This document shows, one piece after another, positions 39,881-51,747 of a DNA stretch of 64,000 bases. The DNA comes from Candidatus Parcubacteria bacterium. Its GTDB lineage: Bacteria > Patescibacteriota > Minisyncoccia > Phycocordibacterales > CAIZLB01. The DNA is taken from NCBI GenBank assembly GCA_039795775.1, contig JBDKLC010000005.1, positions 89,905-153,904 on the forward strand, given 5' to 3'. The notes under the pieces were generated by a model that saw nothing but the letters and a program-made list of their open reading frames with translations, ran no database searches and had not been told where the DNA came from. Both the position numbers and the translations under genes were made by a program. How positions within the stretch are numbered: position 1 is the first letter of the stretch; the number at the start of each line of letters is the position of its first letter.

Positions 39881-40456
39881 TTAGAAAGGAAGAGAGAAGG
39901 TCATTTTTGAATCTTCTTTCTGTTCCCAGTTTGTTGTGTCGATAGGGAATTCGATAATTTGTTCACCTTCTTTATACTTGAGCTTTTTGTTCGCCATAGC
40001 ATAGTCGTACACTTCTTTTGTGATTCGTACGTCTTCGATACAGTACTTGATGATTTTTTCGATTTCACCTTTTTTCCACCATTCGATTGCATCGAGTCCA
40101 TTGCCACCTTTGCCTTTGTTGAGGGTGCCTTGCGCGATGATACCTAGACCGATTCGATGACCGAGAGATTTTCGTACTTCTTTAAGAAGGTCGAGGCTCT
40201 TGAGCTTCATGAGATCACCTGGATAGTATTTGTTGAGAATAGGAAGGTCGAAGTGATCGCCGTTGAATGTAATGATAACGTCTGCCTTTTCAAGAATAGG
40301 CCAGAGCTTGCCGAGGTCTTCTTGAAGATAACTTGTGTATTGGTCTGTATCAGAGTCGTGAATACAAACAACAGAAATATCTAGAAGTGTAGGGTCAGCT
40401 TTACCAACTTCCTGAAATGTATTTCGGGTTTCAATGTCGAGTGTGATTTTTCTCAT
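39881..40456 (-). CDS. RNase H-like DEDD exonuclease (YprB/RNase_H_2-like)
   Basis: LDIET, TFNG.HFD.P, YC..DV..T. Confidence 0.85.
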   Translation of the reverse strand: MRKITLDIETRNTFQEVGKADPTLLDISVVCIHDSDTDQYTSYLQEDLGKLWPILEKADVIITFNGDHFDLPILNKYYPGDLMKLKSLDLLKEVRKSLGHRIGLGIIAQGTLNKGKGGNGLDAIEWWKKGEIEKIIKYCIEDVRITKEVYDYAMANKKLKYKEGEQIIEFPIDTTNWEQKEDSKMTFSLPF

Positions 40457-40459
40457 GTA

Positions 40460-41731
40460 TTACTTTTTTATTTCTTGAACTTCCGCGCCTGTGACAATGT
40501 CTTTGATGATATATGTAGATTTTTCTGCTTCTTGTGAGCCAACAGGGATGATGTAAGGAATGCCTTGTTTTGTTGCAGATTTAATCTGGTCACCAAGAGA
40601 TTTGTAGGTGTAGTTGAGTGCAATGTTGATGTCTTTAGATCGAAGCTCTGCTGCAACTTTTTCAGCATAGTCTTTTGCATCTTCATCGAGAATACAGATC
40701 ATAGCGTCTGTTGTAGATCGATATGCCGGAATGAGATTTCGACTTTCGAGGAATGTCTGGATAGTCATATCACCCATACCAAATCCTACCGCTGATACTT
40801 TTTCATCTCCAAAGAGAGAAAGGAGTTCGTCGAATCGGCCACCACCGAAGATTGACCGGTTGTTTTCTGGGTTGGTATCAAATACTTCGAATACAATACC
40901 TGTGTAATAGTCGAACCCACGAATAAGAGTTTCATCGTACGAAACATTTTTGATGCCTCGAGCTTTGAGAGTATCGAGCACTATGTCGAGCTCTTCTTTT
41001 GCTTGTCGGATTTCTGGGAAGGCCATTGCCTCTGCGTAATCTGCACTACCATGACTGAGATTGAGGAACTCGAATGGTTCTCCAACAATCTTTTCGGCTT
41101 CTTCTGCAAATACTTCTGGAGGAAGTTTTGCTTTTTTGTCGATGAGCTTTTGCATCGCCTTTGTTTTTTGAGCGTCCATTTCAAACCAGTTGTTGAACAC
41201 AGCGTTCATAAGCTTTCGACTACTTACTTTGATTTCGAAGTCAGATTCTTGAGCGCCAAACGCTTTCATGATGTCGTGTGAAAGGGCAATGCATTCGATA
41301 TCTGCTTCAGATGAATCAATACCAAAGATGTCAGCATTGAGCTGCCAGAATTCTCGCCCTCGTCCTCGCTGAGGTCGCTGATATCGGAAGAAGTTTTGGA
41401 TAGAGTACCATCGCGCTGGGAAACCAATGTCTCGTCGCTTTGCAGCTACCATTCGAGCAACTGTTGGTGTCATTTCTGGTCGGAGTGTTACTTCTCGATC
41501 GCCACGGTCTACGAATGTGTATGTTTCTTCGTTTACAATTTCGTCACCAGACTTAGCTTTGTAGAGCTCTGATGGCTCAAGAATAGAAGCTGTATATTCA
41601 ACAAATCCGTATTTTTCTACAGCTTTTCGCCATATATCAAAGATATATTTTTGAACGGCCATGTCTTCTGGATAGAAGTCACGAACGCCTTTATATGGCT
41701 CTGTGCTCAATTTAGTGTTATTTTTACTCAT
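40460..41731 (-). CDS. hisS: Histidine--tRNA ligase
   Basis: KGVRDFYP, LRPEMT, RPQRGR.REFWQ, RGFDYYTG, GGGRFD. Confidence 0.97.
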   Translation of the reverse strand: MSKNNTKLSTEPYKGVRDFYPEDMAVQKYIFDIWRKAVEKYGFVEYTASILEPSELYKAKSGDEIVNEETYTFVDRGDREVTLRPEMTPTVARMVAAKRRDIGFPARWYSIQNFFRYQRPQRGRGREFWQLNADIFGIDSSEADIECIALSHDIMKAFGAQESDFEIKVSSRKLMNAVFNNWFEMDAQKTKAMQKLIDKKAKLPPEVFAEEAEKIVGEPFEFLNLSHGSADYAEAMAFPEIRQAKEELDIVLDTLKARGIKNVSYDETLIRGFDYYTGIVFEVFDTNPENNRSIFGGGRFDELLSLFGDEKVSAVGFGMGDMTIQTFLESRNLIPAYRSTTDAMICILDEDAKDYAEKVAAELRSKDINIALNYTYKSLGDQIKSATKQGIPYIIPVGSQEAEKSTYIIKDIVTGAEVQEIKK

Positions 41732-41757
41732 GTAGATATCATTGTATCCTACCTCTT

Positions 41758-42558
41758 ATGACTAAACAATTCTCCAAAGAAGAACAATTTAATGGTGTAC
41801 TGAGCGTCTATAAGCGCCCTGGCGAGACGCCTTTGGAGTGCTTGAATAGGCTGCGAATAGAGCGACCTGAGTTTCAAGATGCCACATTGAGTTATGTGGG
41901 TAGATTGGACCCGTTGGCTTCAGGGGTGCTTTTGGTCGTTGCTGGTGACGAGAACAAAAAGCGAGATCAGTATTTGTCTCTTTCGAAGGAATATAAGATT
42001 GAAGTGTTGCTTGGTGTAGCTACGGATACATATGACGTGCTCGGCCTTATTACTGAGCACAAGATAGAATATCCTGCCGTAGATGAAGAACAGATAAAAA
42101 AAGTTTTAAATAAATATGTCGGAGAAATGTCTGTGCCATACCCAATGTACTCTTCGAAGCCCGTCGATGGAAAGCCTTTGTTTGCGTGGGCAAAAGAAGG
42201 TAAGAGTGATGAAGTGGACGTGCCTGAAACGAAGTTAAAGATTTCTTCAATTAGTTTTGATGGTGTACGAAGTGTTTCTTCTGAAGATATACATACATAT
42301 ATAAAAGAGTCAGTGAATGCCGTGAACGGTGATTTTAGACAAGATGCGATTTTAGGAAAGTGGAATGATTTTTTTGCGGATGATAAAACAAGAGTCGCGA
42401 CATTTACTGTCGTATCCTTGACGGTAAATTGTGAGAGTGGGTCTTATATGCGGTCACTTGCTGTAGAAATTGGAAAAGATATTGGAGCGCCTGCGTTGGC
42501 TTTGAAAATTGTGAGAACGAGAGTGGGGGAATATTGCGCCGAGAATTTTAATAAATAG
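41758..42558 (+). CDS. truB: tRNA pseudouridine(55) synthase-like
   Basis: GRLDPLASGVL, K.Y......G..TDT.D, P.YSS, C.SGSYMRSLA. Confidence 0.88.
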   Translation: MTKQFSKEEQFNGVLSVYKRPGETPLECLNRLRIERPEFQDATLSYVGRLDPLASGVLLVVAGDENKKRDQYLSLSKEYKIEVLLGVATDTYDVLGLITEHKIEYPAVDEEQIKKVLNKYVGEMSVPYPMYSSKPVDGKPLFAWAKEGKSDEVDVPETKLKISSISFDGVRSVSSEDIHTYIKESVNAVNGDFRQDAILGKWNDFFADDKTRVATFTVVSLTVNCESGSYMRSLAVEIGKDIGAPALALKIVRTRVGEYCAENFNK

Positions 42559-42608
42559 TTTACATTTTCTTTAGCGTTTGTTTATAGCATGAGTTGTATA
42601 ACTTATGC

Positions 42609-43667
42609 ATGAAAGAAGTAGAAGATGTCGCCGTATTTACACAAAATATTTTAAAAGAAGCACATGCACGTAAAGCTTCAGATATACATATTGATCCAAC
42701 GATTGACTCGATATTAATTCGATTTCGGATAGACGGAGTATTGAGGGAAGTATACAAAGTAAAAAGTAGGAATATTTCGGAAATTGTTGGACATATCAAG
42801 ATACTGTCTGGTTTGCGAATAGATGTACATGATAGAGCGCAAGATGGGCGCTTATTCTTACTGGTAGGCGAGACTCAAATTGATGTCCGAGTTTCAATCG
42901 TGCCGACCTTTTATGGAGAAAATATAGTTTTTCGTATTCTTGATCAACAGGTTAATAAAGATTTAAGTTTCGACGATTTAGGAATAGACGAATCTCAGCA
43001 ATCAGTTATTAATGAAAAAGTTTTTAAATCACAGGGTCTTATTTTAGTAGCAGGACCAACTGGTTCTGGAAAAACAACAACGCTGTATTCATTTATACAA
43101 AAGATTGCCAAGAGAGATCTGTGTGTCATTACCCTTGAAGATCCAATTGAATATTCAATACCTGGAATAAGACAAGTTCATGTAAGGCAAGAACGTGGCT
43201 TTACGTTTGCAAATGCTCTCAAAAGTATTTTGAGACAAGACCCTGATGTTGTCATGGTGGGAGAGATTCGTGACAAAGAAACAGCTCAAATTGTTATACA
43301 TACTGCTCTTACGGGTCATCTTGTTTTATCAACAATTCATGCGTCATCAGCGAGTGCTGTTATTTTAAGGTTATCAGAAATGGGGCTTGAGCCTTATCTT
43401 GTTGCAGCAACTCTTAGTCTTGTAATAAGTCAGAGACTAGCGAGAAAAATTGCAGAGTCAGGAGGTTATGCTGGGAGATTGGGCATTTTCGAAGTGGTAG
43501 GTATTAACGAAAAACTCAGAGAACTAATCATAAAGAATGTCTCTTCTGATGATTTAAAAAGAGAGATCGAGAGACAAGGTATTTTAAGTCTACTTCAAGA
43601 CGGGATAAAAAAAGTTGATCAAGGAAAGACATCATTAGAAGAATTGAAACGAGTCCTATATGAATAA
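42609..43667 (+). CDS. Type IV pilus/T2SS assembly ATPase (PilB/GspE-like, minimal)
   Basis: ASDIHIDP, QDGR, GPTGSGKTTT, EDPIEY, LRQDPDVVMVGEIRD, TGHLVLSTIH. Confidence 0.92.
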   Translation: MKEVEDVAVFTQNILKEAHARKASDIHIDPTIDSILIRFRIDGVLREVYKVKSRNISEIVGHIKILSGLRIDVHDRAQDGRLFLLVGETQIDVRVSIVPTFYGENIVFRILDQQVNKDLSFDDLGIDESQQSVINEKVFKSQGLILVAGPTGSGKTTTLYSFIQKIAKRDLCVITLEDPIEYSIPGIRQVHVRQERGFTFANALKSILRQDPDVVMVGEIRDKETAQIVIHTALTGHLVLSTIHASSASAVILRLSEMGLEPYLVAATLSLVISQRLARKIAESGGYAGRLGIFEVVGINEKLRELIIKNVSSDDLKREIERQGILSLLQDGIKKVDQGKTSLEELKRVLYE

Positions 43668-44688
43668 ACAAAAAATAATCTTTCTTAAAAAACTCGCTTC
43701 ATTGCTTGAAATAGAAATGCCTATTCGAGAAGCTTTGAGTATTGCTGCAAAGAACAACAAAAATAAGTCGCTCGGTAGTGCGATTCAAAGACTTATACAA
43801 AGAGTAAATTTAGGTGAATCGCTTTCTGCTTCAATGAGCTATGATAGAGAGTTTTGGTACTCGTTAATTATTGCACTTGTATGGGCGGGAGAGCTTTCAT
43901 CCAAGTTACACCAACATCTGAGTGAAGCCGCGGATCTAATGGAAAAAAATCAAAAGTTTATTAAAAAAGTTATTTCAGCTTTAGTGTACCCTCTTGTTAT
44001 AGCTGTGGTGAGTATGGGACTTATTATTTTTTTACTTTTCTATATTTACCCAAAGATTATTCCAGTTCTTAACAGTCTCAACATTCCACTTCCTTTTACA
44101 ACAAAAGTTATTATCTATGTAAAACATATAATTGAGACATGTTGGTACATACCAGTATTTCTAGGAGTAGTTTGTTTTAGTCTTAGCCTTGTAAAACGTG
44201 TAAAGAATTACTATAAGGTAATTTTTCATACTATCGTTACTACCATGCCAGTTATCGGTAGTTTGTTTAAAACATACAATTTTTCAGTTGCGGCAAAGCA
44301 TATAGGTACCATCTCACCAACCGAAATAGGGCTTATTCAATCTATCGCTATGGCAAGTGAAGTCGTTACTGTTTTAGATGTGAAGGACGGCTTAATAAAA
44401 CTAATTACTTCATTACAAAAAGGTGAAAGTGTATCAAATAGTTTGATTGCTGATAAAAGGTTTCCTGATATTTGGCATGAATATTCATTTATAGGTGAAC
44501 GTACGAGTCGACTAAGTCTGATGTTTCTTAAAATATCTAATATACATGAACGGGAAGTGGAAGAAAAAGTTGAGTTATATAGTAAGTTTTTAGAGCCGTT
44601 ATTAATGGTTATTACAGGGGGTGTTGTTTTATTTATTGCACTTTCTATTATTGGCCCAATGTATTCAATTACACAGTATGTACAATAA
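43660..44688 (+). CDS. Type IV pilus/T2SS platform protein (PilC/GspF-like)
   Basis: Two T2SSF domains (GE.S...AL.YP; GE.T..L...LEP) and three TM helices. Confidence 0.9.
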   Translation: MNKQKIIFLKKLASLLEIEMPIREALSIAAKNNKNKSLGSAIQRLIQRVNLGESLSASMSYDREFWYSLIIALVWAGELSSKLHQHLSEAADLMEKNQKFIKKVISALVYPLVIAVVSMGLIIFLLFYIYPKIIPVLNSLNIPLPFTTKVIIYVKHIIETCWYIPVFLGVVCFSLSLVKRVKNYYKVIFHTIVTTMPVIGSLFKTYNFSVAAKHIGTISPTEIGLIQSIAMASEVVTVLDVKDGLIKLITSLQKGESVSNSLIADKRFPDIWHEYSFIGERTSRLSLMFLKISNIHEREVEEKVELYSKFLEPLLMVITGGVVLFIALSIIGPMYSITQYVQ

Positions 44689-45940
44689 AAGAGGATTTAT
44701 GCTTATTGAAATTCTACTTGCATATGGTTTTTGGACATTCGTGTTTTTTACATTATTTTCTTTATGGACGGGTTTCTCATCAATGAGTGAACCGTTAGAC
44801 AAAGTACTTTCCAGTGTAAATAATTTATATGCGGCTACGTCAACGTACCAAAAATTTGTTGATAGAGAATTAAACTTGAAGACGTTCGAACGACTTCAAA
44901 ATCCAAGATATAAGATTCAATATATTGATACAGCGTGGCAAGACTCAATTGGCTCGAAAAGTTGTCGGGGACTAAACACAAATGAGCTAGTAGAAGATTA
45001 TTCATTGTCTTTGGGACTTGAAGAGAGAAATGAACTATCAGATGCATATATACGGAATAATACGTTATATGTTGTCACAAACTCGGCATCAACTTCAGAT
45101 CCTGACTTGTATATATTTAATATAGAAAATCCTCGTATTCCTCAGATGATCACATCAATTAATTCAGGACCAGGCCTATCAAGACTTATAGTTGCAGGAA
45201 ACACAGTCTTTGTTGCAGATACTAGCAGCATAAATCAAGTTCAGGCTTTTTCTTTCGTAGATGACACACTTAGTTTGAAATGGAAATATGCAGTTCCTGG
45301 TGCTCATTCTTCGACTTCCCCGATAACAAAACGAATATTTTATGCTTCAAAAAAACTTTATATTGGTACAGAAAAAACTGTTCTGCCTGAAATATATGTC
45401 GTCGATGTAAGTGGGCAGTTCCCACGTTTGTTAGCCTCTGCCGAGGTGGGTGCCTCAGTAAACGATATATTTGTAAAAAGAGATAATGTTTTTCTTTTAA
45501 CACCTTTAGACCTTGAAATCAAAGTGCTTGATGCAGTAAGTCTTACAGAAAAAACATCATATGATTCTGAAGGACATTTAGGAAATGGCAAAAGAATAGA
45601 TGCGTATAATGATGAACTACTGTTTGGACGCACTCTTGGGGGAGAAGAATTAGAACATTTATCAGTTGACTCTACTACACAGAATATTGTTCGGAATTAT
45701 TCATACAAATTAAAATCTTCAGTTGATGATATTGTTTCCTCAAAAGACTATATTTATGTTTTAACGGCAGATCAGCAAAAAGAACTTCAAGTATTTAAAA
45801 AAGATCAGGCCGCATTTGTTTATTCGTCTTCAGTTGACTTGCCTCAACGAGCAACGTCATTTACATGTTCACAAGACAAAATGTACGTTGTCCTACCGCA
45901 TGAAATAAAAGTATATAAAGCTAAAAATAAGTATGAATAG
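44678..45940 (+). CDS. Prepilin-type protein with C-terminal beta-propeller (LVIVD-like) repeats
   Basis: ATG at 44678 gives MYNKRG|FMLIE class III signal; repeated LYV....L.I.DI..P motifs. Confidence 0.75.
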   Translation: MYNKRGFMLIEILLAYGFWTFVFFTLFSLWTGFSSMSEPLDKVLSSVNNLYAATSTYQKFVDRELNLKTFERLQNPRYKIQYIDTAWQDSIGSKSCRGLNTNELVEDYSLSLGLEERNELSDAYIRNNTLYVVTNSASTSDPDLYIFNIENPRIPQMITSINSGPGLSRLIVAGNTVFVADTSSINQVQAFSFVDDTLSLKWKYAVPGAHSSTSPITKRIFYASKKLYIGTEKTVLPEIYVVDVSGQFPRLLASAEVGASVNDIFVKRDNVFLLTPLDLEIKVLDAVSLTEKTSYDSEGHLGNGKRIDAYNDELLFGRTLGGEELEHLSVDSTTQNIVRNYSYKLKSSVDDIVSSKDYIYVLTADQQKELQVFKKDQAAFVYSSSVDLPQRATSFTCSQDKMYVVLPHEIKVYKAKNKYE

Positions 45941-46361
45941 GGGATTCTCACTCGTCGAAGTTTTAGTATATGTAGCCCTCTTGAGTGCATTATGTCTGAG
46001 CACTGTCTTTATGACTATGCTTATTTACAAAAATAGTTTAGAGCTAAAGGTAGCGACTTCAACCAATCAAGATTTATTATTCATTACAACGTATATCCAA
46101 GAATTTATGAGTATGTCGTCGTCAGTAAGAATTGAAAATAACGAAACTACTTCTAAGTTACTAATTACTCTACAAAATACCGAAATAGATATTTATGAAA
46201 AAGATGGTTTTTTGACTGCATCTCGAGCCGAGAAAGAATGGAAGATCCTTCCTAATACAAGTATTGAAAAAGCCGTATTTAGTGTTAAAAGTTACGACAC
46301 TTTCGACTTGCAACTTAAATTAAACAGTCAAAATTTCACTATTACAGTACGCACTATTTAA
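45933..46361 (+). CDS. Minor pilin/pseudopilin
   Basis: MNRG|FSLVEVLVYVALL class III signal peptide. Confidence 0.88.
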   Translation: MNRGFSLVEVLVYVALLSALCLSTVFMTMLIYKNSLELKVATSTNQDLLFITTYIQEFMSMSSSVRIENNETTSKLLITLQNTEIDIYEKDGFLTASRAEKEWKILPNTSIEKAVFSVKSYDTFDLQLKLNSQNFTITVRTI

Positions 46362-46393
46362 AATATTCTCTTCAATGATATAATTATCTCAAC

Positions 46394-46969
46394 ATGTACA
46401 CGTACAACGACCATTCAGCCTCAGGACTCGGTGCAAAAAAAGCTCATGCTGGAAATGAAGGTGCTATTTCTGAGCAGATGCGATTGCAGCACATCAAAGA
46501 AGAACGTGAACGACAAGAAAAACAGCGAGCACGACAAGAGCTCTCAGACAAGAAGCGCCAGTATGACCTTCACAAAGAAGATATCCGACGGCGAGAAATT
46601 GACTTCCGGCGTGTAGAACAGGAGTTCGCTCATACAGAGCAAATGATTCATGAGTTCGAGCGAGACACAAAACAGAAGGAAGACAAAGTGCAACAAAAGA
46701 AATCACAAGTGCACGAGATGGGAGTCCAAATTCAGAAGTTGCAGCTCGAATTACAACAACTCAAAAATGCTCAGTTGAAAGAATCTGGTACACTGACGCA
46801 CCTCGAAGCAGAGCTCACCTACGCTGTACGAGAAAAAGAAAAGAAGACAGCAGGCTTCCAAGAAATGGAAACAAAAAAGAAACGACAATCATTCGAAATG
46901 GAACGAGTACGAGGAGAAATGGTTCGACTCGAACAAGAAATGAAACATCTCGAAATGAAAGCACGGTAA
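46394..46969 (+). CDS. Hypothetical coiled-coil protein
   Basis: E/K/Q/R-rich 191 aa, host-like codon usage (CGA), TATAAT 9 nt before the ATG. Confidence 0.8.
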   Translation: MYTYNDHSASGLGAKKAHAGNEGAISEQMRLQHIKEERERQEKQRARQELSDKKRQYDLHKEDIRRREIDFRRVEQEFAHTEQMIHEFERDTKQKEDKVQQKKSQVHEMGVQIQKLQLELQQLKNAQLKESGTLTHLEAELTYAVREKEKKTAGFQEMETKKKRQSFEMERVRGEMVRLEQEMKHLEMKAR

Positions 46970-46991
46970 AAGTAGGAATCTTTCCTACTTT

Positions 46992-48506
46992 TTACTTTAT
47001 AAGACTTTGACCTGTCATTCCGTCAGGCTTCGCCACACCAAGCAAGTCAAACACAGTTGGAGCGATGTCTGCGAGTGAACCACTGTCTTTCAATGTGAGC
47101 CCTGATGAAGATGTCACAATTGCTGGTACTGGGTTGATTGTATGAGCTGTATGCTTTTTACCAGTTTCCAAATCTACGTTTACTTCGGCATTACCGTGGT
47201 CGGCTGTGACAAAGGCGATACCATCTCGTGCAACCAATGCGTCGATCACTCGACCAAGCTGAAGGTCTACTTCTTCTACAGCTTCGATAATAGCTGGCAC
47301 ATTTGCTGTATGACCTACCATATCCGGGTTTGCAAAGTTGATAAAAATAAAGTTTGTGCCTTTTTCAATTTGCTCGATAGCTTTGTCGGCGATGGCGTCA
47401 GCTCGCATTTTTGGTGCAAGGTCGTGAGTCGCAACATCTTTTCGACTTGCGAGCATGATGTGTTCTTCGCCTTCGTGAGGAAGCTCGACACCACCATTCA
47501 AGAAATATGTAGCGTGAGGAAACTTTTCTGTTTCTGCAATGTGCGCCTGTGTAAGACCTGCGTGAGAAATTTCTTTGGCGAGAGTTGTTTCGATTTGGAT
47601 AGTAGGGAAGGCGACGAGCGTATCAAATTCAGATCCATATGATGTCTGCGTTGCAAAACATACATTGTCTGTCTTTGAGAGGTCAATCATTTTTTTCGAA
47701 AGCATTCGGGCTCTGTCTGCTCGGAAGTTGAAGAAGAATACAGAATCATTTGATTGAATTTTGCATCCCTGACCCATAGGTGTTTTCATGACGATAGGTT
47801 CGAGGTGTTCGTCGAGTTTGCCATCTTTGTACAAATCTTCGATAAAAGTTGAAGGGGGAACTTCACAAATATGTCCTTCACAGTTGAAGAGCGCTTGTTC
47901 TACTTTTGCCAATCGATCCCAGTTGTTGTCTCGATCCATAGCAAAGAATCGTCCTGACACTGTAGCGATAAAGCCTACATCAATTTCTTGGAGAAGTGCT
48001 TCGAGGTCTTTCAAATAGGCTGCAGCACTTTGTGGAGGTGTATCTCGTCCGTCAGTGAAAATATGAATAGCAACTTTTGTGATGCCAGCTTTCTTTGCGG
48101 CTTTAATAAATTCGAAGAGATGCTCTGAATGTGAGTGCACACCACCGTCACCAAGAAGACCCATGACATGAAGCATAGAGTCATGTTTTTTTACATGATC
48201 AAAGAGGGCATGGTACGCTGGATTTTTTTCGTATTCGCCCGTATCAATCGCTTTCTTAATTCGTACGAGGTCTGTGTCGATAGCTTTTCCTGCGCCGATT
48301 GTAGTATGGCCAATTTCACTGTTTCCCATTTGTCCTTCGGGAAGACCTACAGCAAGACCACTCGCTTCGAGGAGTGTGTGAGGATACTGATTCCATAATC
48401 GATCAAAGTTTGGGGTTTTGGCTGCTGAAATGGCATTGTGAGTTGCGTCTTCACGGTAGCCCCAGCCATCGAGGACTATCAAGACTGATTGTTTGGTGTG
48501 CGTCAT
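46992..48506 (-). CDS. gpmI: 2,3-bisphosphoglycerate-independent phosphoglycerate mutase
   Basis: LDGWG, GQMGNSEIGH, DGGVHSH, AETEK, NPDMVGH, TADHGN; ATG at 48506. Confidence 0.96.
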   Translation of the reverse strand: MTHTKQSVLIVLDGWGYREDATHNAISAAKTPNFDRLWNQYPHTLLEASGLAVGLPEGQMGNSEIGHTTIGAGKAIDTDLVRIKKAIDTGEYEKNPAYHALFDHVKKHDSMLHVMGLLGDGGVHSHSEHLFEFIKAAKKAGITKVAIHIFTDGRDTPPQSAAAYLKDLEALLQEIDVGFIATVSGRFFAMDRDNNWDRLAKVEQALFNCEGHICEVPPSTFIEDLYKDGKLDEHLEPIVMKTPMGQGCKIQSNDSVFFFNFRADRARMLSKKMIDLSKTDNVCFATQTSYGSEFDTLVAFPTIQIETTLAKEISHAGLTQAHIAETEKFPHATYFLNGGVELPHEGEEHIMLASRKDVATHDLAPKMRADAIADKAIEQIEKGTNFIFINFANPDMVGHTANVPAIIEAVEEVDLQLGRVIDALVARDGIAFVTADHGNAEVNVDLETGKKHTAHTINPVPAIVTSSSGLTLKDSGSLADIAPTVFDLLGVAKPDGMTGQSLIK

Positions 48507-48710
48507 GGCTAGTATTCTAATATGTAACTCATTTTCTCGTCTATTTACACGTGTTGAAACAAGTGGTAGCATTTAATTCCGGAGAAATCCCAACACCTCG
48601 TTGGTGGTCAGGAAGGTCCTGAACGACGCGTCGCCACACGCAAAACACAAAACAAAACCCAGTGGCAGTTAGTTGTTAGTTGCACATCAGAATCGAAAGG
48701 AAAACAAGGT

Positions 48711-49184
48711 ATGAAAATCACACCATTCACTATGCGCGGCAATGCCGCACATCTCTTTCAATCGCGAGCGGTTGTCGGAGAAACCATGGAACTCACCATG
48801 TCCGAAGCACAGCGCCGAGAAATCGGCTTCACAGGCCTGACCGTTTACCCAGGCGCGGTGACGGGCACAGTCCTCGCACATCTGCGTCATGGAGGAGGCA
48901 CCCTCGGAGGATGCGCACTCGGCTTCCACGAGTTCGTGGTCGAAATCCACGCAAATGGACACAAGATCTATGCCATCGGCAGTTACGATAATCACGCTGA
49001 CGAACCCGGCGGCAAACTCAGTGTCGTCAACCGCACATGGAAGGGTTCCCTTGAATTCGACCAATCTCGCGAACTGATGAATCTGTTGCGGGCAGAACTC
49101 AAGCTGGCCCTCATACCGCTTGCAAAAAAAGTTCCTGTGCCGACCAATGTGGTCGAATCGGAGCGAACTTCAGCGGCAGCCTAG
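48711..49184 (+). CDS. Hypothetical protein (orphan transcription unit)
   Basis: 157 aa; AAAGGA SD-like sequence, structured leader, terminator at 49228-49266. Confidence 0.7.
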   Translation: MKITPFTMRGNAAHLFQSRAVVGETMELTMSEAQRREIGFTGLTVYPGAVTGTVLAHLRHGGGTLGGCALGFHEFVVEIHANGHKIYAIGSYDNHADEPGGKLSVVNRTWKGSLEFDQSRELMNLLRAELKLALIPLAKKVPVPTNVVESERTSAAA

Positions 49185-49396
49185 CTCACGGTTCGCTTCA
49201 TGCGGACCTCAGAAAAAGAAAATCATCGATCCCTCGACGCGCACGCGCTTCGGGGGGTCTTTCTTTTATGTATGTAAAGTGATATCTTTTTGGAAGACAT
49301 TTGAAAAAATTCCAACTCGGAGTTGGTGGCTCACACACGGTGAGTAACACGTCGTCGCACGTTCAACTGCGACATAGAAAGGACAAGGTAGTTCGT

Positions 49397-49828
49397 ATGA
49401 ACAATCCTCAGTGTGATATCGGCATCTGCGGATCTGAGTCAATCGGTTTGATACAGGCACAACTGATATCTCCTGTGTTTCCACCACATGGGCTCGAAGT
49501 GCGGTTGAGTCTCTGCGCTCAAGATGTGAAAAGTATCCTGGGTGACATTGCACATCAATATGGTGCAACCATCGAATACAGATTTCTGTGCGTCATCATC
49601 CGACTCGAAAGAAAAGGATCAAACCACTGCAAATTTGTGGGACTGCTTCAAACAGGCCTCCAGGAAGGAGAAGTCCTACTCGTTGGAGGTGAGATCGCAC
49701 TCTTGCCGCATCATACCCTTGCTGATAGTTGGCTCATGCCAATCAAAGCATCACGTGATGCTCGACGGCAAATGATTGCAGAGGAAGCCATTCCATTTCC
49801 TGATCGGCCAACATTGTTGGCCGACTAA
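49397..49828 (+). CDS. Hypothetical protein (orphan transcription unit)
   Basis: ATG at 49397 after GAAAGGACAAGG; hairpin ACGCCTCTCCC...GGGAGAGGCGT follows the stop codon. Confidence 0.65.
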   Translation: MNNPQCDIGICGSESIGLIQAQLISPVFPPHGLEVRLSLCAQDVKSILGDIAHQYGATIEYRFLCVIIRLERKGSNHCKFVGLLQTGLQEGEVLLVGGEIALLPHHTLADSWLMPIKASRDARRQMIAEEAIPFPDRPTLLAD

Positions 49829-49887
49829 CACGCCTCTCCCAACCCAGTGGGAGAGGCGTTCAATTTTATATACATAAATAGTAAAAA

Positions 49888-50172
49888 TTAGAAACCGAGA
49901 GCAGGGATGAGTACCTTCAATGCGGCAAGTATATTTGGAATGATATGAATAGTTGCAACAAGAATAACTAATACAATAAATAAAAAGTTTGCGAGCCGAA
50001 TGAGTGGGTGATGAATAAGCTTTGGATCGATATAGAGTGCAATTGATTCAATAATCCAAATACTTGCTGCCATAATAAACAGTACTAAGTAACGGAATTC
50101 TTGTTGTTGAACTGCCCAGGTGAGAACAAGCACACGAAAGAATACGATAGTATAGACAAAAAGTATTTTCAT
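49888..50172 (-). CDS. Small hypothetical membrane protein (about 94 aa, 3 TM helices)
   Basis: ATG MKILFVYT downstream of the eno terminator; hydrophobic throughout. Confidence 0.6.
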   Translation of the reverse strand: MKILFVYTIVFFRVLVLTWAVQQQEFRYLVLFIMAASIWIIESIALYIDPKLIHHPLIRLANFLFIVLVILVATIHIIPNILAALKVLIPALGF

Positions 50173-50233
50173 ACTACATAAAAAAACGCCGACGTTAATC
50201 GGAGTTTTTTTAGTATCGTTTGTTTGTTGACGA

Positions 50234-51619
<1,386 letters not shown>

Positions 51620-51747
51620 TTATATATTTTTAATGATGTTTGCGGAGGCATTGTAGCATGAGAGAGGAGGAAATGAGAATACCCTCTATATATGTATAAA
51701 AATGCGTCGTGGCTGTATTTATCGCTATTTTATGATAAAGTCGTTTC

